DNA from: a virus
Taxonomy: Duplodnaviria > Caudoviricetes
Reading direction: 5' to 3' (one strand)
Virus record (IMG/VR): IMGVR_UViG_3300037313_002205
Span: 1 to 58,470 of that record
DNA length: 58,470 bases
In this document: positions 55,147 through 58,470 of the stretch, one piece after another
How the letters are laid out: every line of letters starts with the position of its first letter
Position numbering within the stretch: position 1 is the stretch's first letter
Position numbers and translations under genes: made by a program
Notes under the pieces: model-generated
What the model was told of the DNA's origin: nothing
The model's database searches: none
What the model saw: the letters and a program-made list of their open reading frames with translations, nothing else

Positions 55147-56406
55147 ATGGATAATTCCATTTCCAAGATTCTTGGCGAAGAGACGCTCCCCAAGGAGTTG
55201 GTCGCTTCGCTTCAAGAAGCATTTGATAAAAAGGTCGAGGAAGTCCGCGAACAAGCAGAAATGACTGTGCGCGAAGAGTTCGCTCGACGTTATGAAACCG
55301 ACAAAGAGAACCTCGTCGAAGCAATCGACCGCATGCTGACCGACACGATCGGCAAGCAGGAAGAGGAAAAGGCGCAGGTGATCGCAAAGTTCACCGAAGC
55401 ACGCACCGCCTTCCGCAAGGCGATCAAGGAATCCCGCAAGGTATTCAAGGACAAGCTGGCCGAGAACACGGATGCCGCGCGCACCGTCGTCACCGCCAAG
55501 CTGAAGGATGAGGTGTTGAAGCTGCGTGAGCAGCGCAAGGCGCTGCTTGCTGAGCAAATGGCCTATGCCGACAAGCTGGAAGAGGCGAAGGCATCGCTGG
55601 CCACCGAGCAAAAGGCGCGATTCAAGAAGATCGACGAATTCGTCGTCAAGCAGGTCGAGAAGGAAATGCAAGAATTCCTTGTTGATCATAAGGCGCTCAT
55701 CAACACCCGTCTCAAGCTGGTGACTGAGGGCAAGCAGCGTCTGCAAGCCACGCAGAAGCGGTTCGTGAAAGAGGCGGCGATCAAGGTCGAGAAGCACATC
55801 AACGAGACGCTGAAGCGCGAGATGGCGCAACTGCACGAGGACCTGGAGAAGAACCGGCAGAACATGTTCGGTCGGCGCATCTTCGAGGCGGTCGCGGCAG
55901 AATATATGACGTCGTATTTGGCCGAGGGCACCGAGGTGCGCAAGCTCCAGCACGTCCTGGAAGCGCGCGAGCAGGAACTGGCTGCCGCCAAGACCAAGTT
56001 GGATGAGGCCACCAAGGAAAGCCAGATTGTCGCCCGCAAGGCGCGGCTGGCTGAGGATCGTGCCGCTCGTACCAAGGTGATGGGCGAACTGCTCATGAAC
56101 CTGCGCGGCGAGAAGCGCTCGATCATGGAGGGCATGCTGGAGACGGTGAAGACCGACGCTCTGCGCGCCACATTCAACAAGCTGCTGCCTGTTGTTCTCG
56201 ACGAGAACCACGGCAAGCCGTCGGCCAAGCGCCCGCTGCGCGAAGCTAGTCAGCAACAGCCCGCCAAGCCCGTGCAGCAGTCGTCGGTCGTGACCGGCAA
56301 CCAGCGCGCCAACCGGCTGGCCGAAGCTGTTGAGGAAGAGCGGACGACTACTGACAACGATCCCGACATCGCGCAGGTTCTGCGCCTCGCCGGTATCACG
56401 AAGTAA
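55147..56406 (+). CDS. Prohead scaffold protein (T4 gp22-like)
   Basis: Long charged coiled coil; FGRRIFEA; directly upstream of the capsid gene; start may be the TTG at 55138 or 55144. Confidence 0.85.
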   Translation: MDNSISKILGEETLPKELVASLQEAFDKKVEEVREQAEMTVREEFARRYETDKENLVEAIDRMLTDTIGKQEEEKAQVIAKFTEARTAFRKAIKESRKVFKDKLAENTDAARTVVTAKLKDEVLKLREQRKALLAEQMAYADKLEEAKASLATEQKARFKKIDEFVVKQVEKEMQEFLVDHKALINTRLKLVTEGKQRLQATQKRFVKEAAIKVEKHINETLKREMAQLHEDLEKNRQNMFGRRIFEAVAAEYMTSYLAEGTEVRKLQHVLEAREQELAAAKTKLDEATKESQIVARKARLAEDRAARTKVMGELLMNLRGEKRSIMEGMLETVKTDALRATFNKLLPVVLDENHGKPSAKRPLREASQQQPAKPVQQSSVVTGNQRANRLAEAVEEERTTTDNDPDIAQVLRLAGITK

Positions 56407-56437
56407 ATATTTTTAGGTATTTAAGGAGTTCACACTA

Positions 56438-57652
56438 ATGAACAAGCTATTTGAGTCTCAGTGGAAGCAGACCAAGGCCGCGCTGTGCGAAGGCCGCGAT
56501 CTGACCCACAACCAGGACGGCAGCCCGAATCCGAATAAGAAGCAGATGATGGACACCGTGCTGGAGAATACCCGCCGCGAGTTGCGCCTGATGGAAACCG
56601 CGACGACCGGCGCGACCAACGCCTCCAACGTTGCGACGCTGAATAAGGTTATTCTGCCGGTTATTCGCCGCGTGATGCCCACGGTGATTGCAAATGAAAT
56701 CATTGGCGTGCAGCCGATGGTTGGGCCGGTCGCCCAGATTCATACGCTGCGCGTGCGGTACGCGGATACGACTCCGTCTGCTGGTGGTGGTATCTCCGCT
56801 GGTGCAGAGGCGCTGGGGCCGTTCAACATCGCCGCGTACTACTCTGGCAATCAGAACGTTGCAACTCCGGCGGCGACGAACACCACCCAGCTTGAAGGCA
56901 CTGGTGGCCAGCGTCTGTCCATTCAGATTCTGAAAGAAGTCGTTGAAGCCAAGACCCGCAAGCTGGCAGCCCGCTGGACGCTGGAAGCGGCTCAAGACGC
57001 TCAGGCGCAGCAAGGTCTCGATATTGAAGCGGAAATCATGGCCGCGCTGGCTCAGGAGATCACCGCCGAAATCGACCAGGAAATCTTGAATTACTTGGTT
57101 AATCTTCCCGGTTCTCCAACTTCTACTTTCGCAATGAGCAACGTAACGGGAACACCAACTTTCGTCGGTGACGTTCATGCAGCTTTGGCGATTCTGATTA
57201 ACCGCCAGTGCAACCTGATTGCCGCGCGCACGCGTCGTGGCGCTGGTAACTGGGCGGTGGTTTCTCCGACCGCGCTGACGATCCTTCAGTCCGCGACGAC
57301 TTCAGCATTTGCTCGTACTACCGAGGGCACCTTCGAGGCGCCGACCAACACGAAGTTCGTTGGCACGCTGAACAACGCTCTGCGCGTTTACTGCAACCAG
57401 TATGCGGCTGACTCGACACCGGTACTCGTTGGATACAAGGGCAATGACATCGACGCGGCAGCGTTCTACTGCCCGTATGTTCCGCTGACCTCCTCGGGAG
57501 TTGTTATCGATCCCGCAACGTTCGAGCCGGTCGTTTCGTTCATGACACGATATGGTTTCATCAGCCTAACGAATACGGCATCAAGTCTCGGCAACGCCGC
57601 CGACTACCTCGGGCTAGTTGGCATAGATACGGCGTCATTATCGTTTCTCTAG
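56438..57652 (+). CDS. Major capsid protein (T4 gp23-like)
   Basis: RRVMP..IANEIIGVQPM.GP; AKTRKL.ARWT.EAAQD; AFYCPYVPL; F.TRYG. Confidence 0.96.
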   Translation: MNKLFESQWKQTKAALCEGRDLTHNQDGSPNPNKKQMMDTVLENTRRELRLMETATTGATNASNVATLNKVILPVIRRVMPTVIANEIIGVQPMVGPVAQIHTLRVRYADTTPSAGGGISAGAEALGPFNIAAYYSGNQNVATPAATNTTQLEGTGGQRLSIQILKEVVEAKTRKLAARWTLEAAQDAQAQQGLDIEAEIMAALAQEITAEIDQEILNYLVNLPGSPTSTFAMSNVTGTPTFVGDVHAALAILINRQCNLIAARTRRGAGNWAVVSPTALTILQSATTSAFARTTEGTFEAPTNTKFVGTLNNALRVYCNQYAADSTPVLVGYKGNDIDAAAFYCPYVPLTSSGVVIDPATFEPVVSFMTRYGFISLTNTASSLGNAADYLGLVGIDTASLSFL

Positions 57653-57681
57653 GACTTCAGTCCTAGGGATAGGACTGACGA

Positions 57682-57710
57682 GAAAAAGGGCGCGAAAGCG
57701 CCCTTTTTTG
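57682..57710 (+). terminator. Intrinsic terminator after the capsid gene
   Basis: AAAAAAGGGCGC-GAAA-GCGCCCTTTTTT. Confidence 0.85.
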
Positions 57711-57786
57711 TTGTCCGGATTTTTCATCCTGATTTGCCTGAAAGCACATCGTCGTTTAGGCTCGTGCGGCTCGATGGAGGCAACGC

Positions 57787-58089
57787 ATGAGTGAGACTGA
57801 CGATCTGTTTGGCTTTGCTGACCTGCTATCCGACATCAACAAGGGCGTGCCGGAACTGAATCTGCGCGCGTGCATGGAGGTAGCCACTATTGCTTTGATG
57901 GACCTGATCGTGCAGCACCACCAGCCGCTGACGGTGGACCAGCGGTTGCGCGCGTCTGGCATCCTCAACAGGATGGTGGTAACCACCGAAGGGTTCCGAT
58001 TTCGGGAAAGTCCGACAGGTCACAGACCCAACGCTGCGCGCCCGGCCCCTGCGCGAGGCTCTAAGGGCGCTGGACGTGCAGCACATTGA
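57787..58089 (+). CDS. Hypothetical protein
   Basis: GGAGG SD. Confidence 0.5.
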   Translation: MSETDDLFGFADLLSDINKGVPELNLRACMEVATIALMDLIVQHHQPLTVDQRLRASGILNRMVVTTEGFRFRESPTGHRPNAARPAPARGSKGAGRAAH

Positions 58090-58470
58090 CCTCCGGCAGA
58101 TACGCGGTTGGCGGGACAGGCCACCTTATCGCGCTTTGATGCGCGTCTTAAAAAAGCAAGGCCGGTGGAATGAGACCCTTTTCGTGGGCATGCACTGCAT
58201 AGAGCACAAAGGGGCCTCGGTCACAGAGTACATCGATATTTTAAGCATGATGGAGACGGTTGCATGCTGGGAGGCAGAACGACGGCGGAGAAACTCGGGT
58301 TCGCGTGGGTTCTCGATCGCTTAGACGAGGCGCCACCAATAGACACGGACGCTGTGAGGGAGGTAGTGATTGAACAGGCTATTGCCGTGAGCAAGGAACC
58401 GCTGACTGAAGCTCAGCGCATGCGGTGCATCCGGGTGATGCGCCGCGCGAGACCGGCGCGTAAGCAATGA

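Noticed and set aside
55126-57178. Long minus-strand ORFs opposite scaffold and capsid genes
   Set aside because: Antisense shadows caused by codon bias in GC-rich genes; same applies opposite gp46, portal and tape measure
1-58470. Stop-codon reassignment
   Set aside because: Core genes are intact in the standard code, all three stop codons are used, and no suppressor tRNA is present

Overview
A 58.5-kb segment of a large T4-like (Myoviridae-type, probably jumbo) phage genome. Core genes recognised from motifs are baseplate genes (gp5-, gp27-, gp53- and gp48/54-like), late sigma factor gp55, gp47/gp46 nuclease-ATPase, gp26-like chaperone, tape measure, portal gp20, prohead core, protease gp21, scaffold gp22 and major capsid gp23. 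There are four inteins (gp55, gp47, two in the portal), three free-standing endonucleases and three tRNAs (Trp, Phe, Tyr). Host-like accessory genes include a hybrid His kinase, a lone HisKA domain, PEP-CTERM, TIGR03118-like and RTX-like proteins, an N4C methylase and a large serine recombinase. They suggest an alphaproteobacterial host (inference). Top observations: (1) an apparent ribosome-dependent attenuator (33-aa Trp/Phe/Tyr leader peptide, antiterminator, terminator) in front of the Trp-Phe-Tyr tRNA cluster; (2) a canonical -1 frameshift signal fusing the gp26-like gene to a start-less gp51-like ORF; (3) leaderless late genes sharing an N-terminal capsid-targeting-like tag, including an ADP-ribosyltransferase-like and a tandem HiPIP-like protein; (4) two paralogous HNH inteins 26 codons apart in the portal. 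All calls are by-eye motif recognition; no database searches were run.
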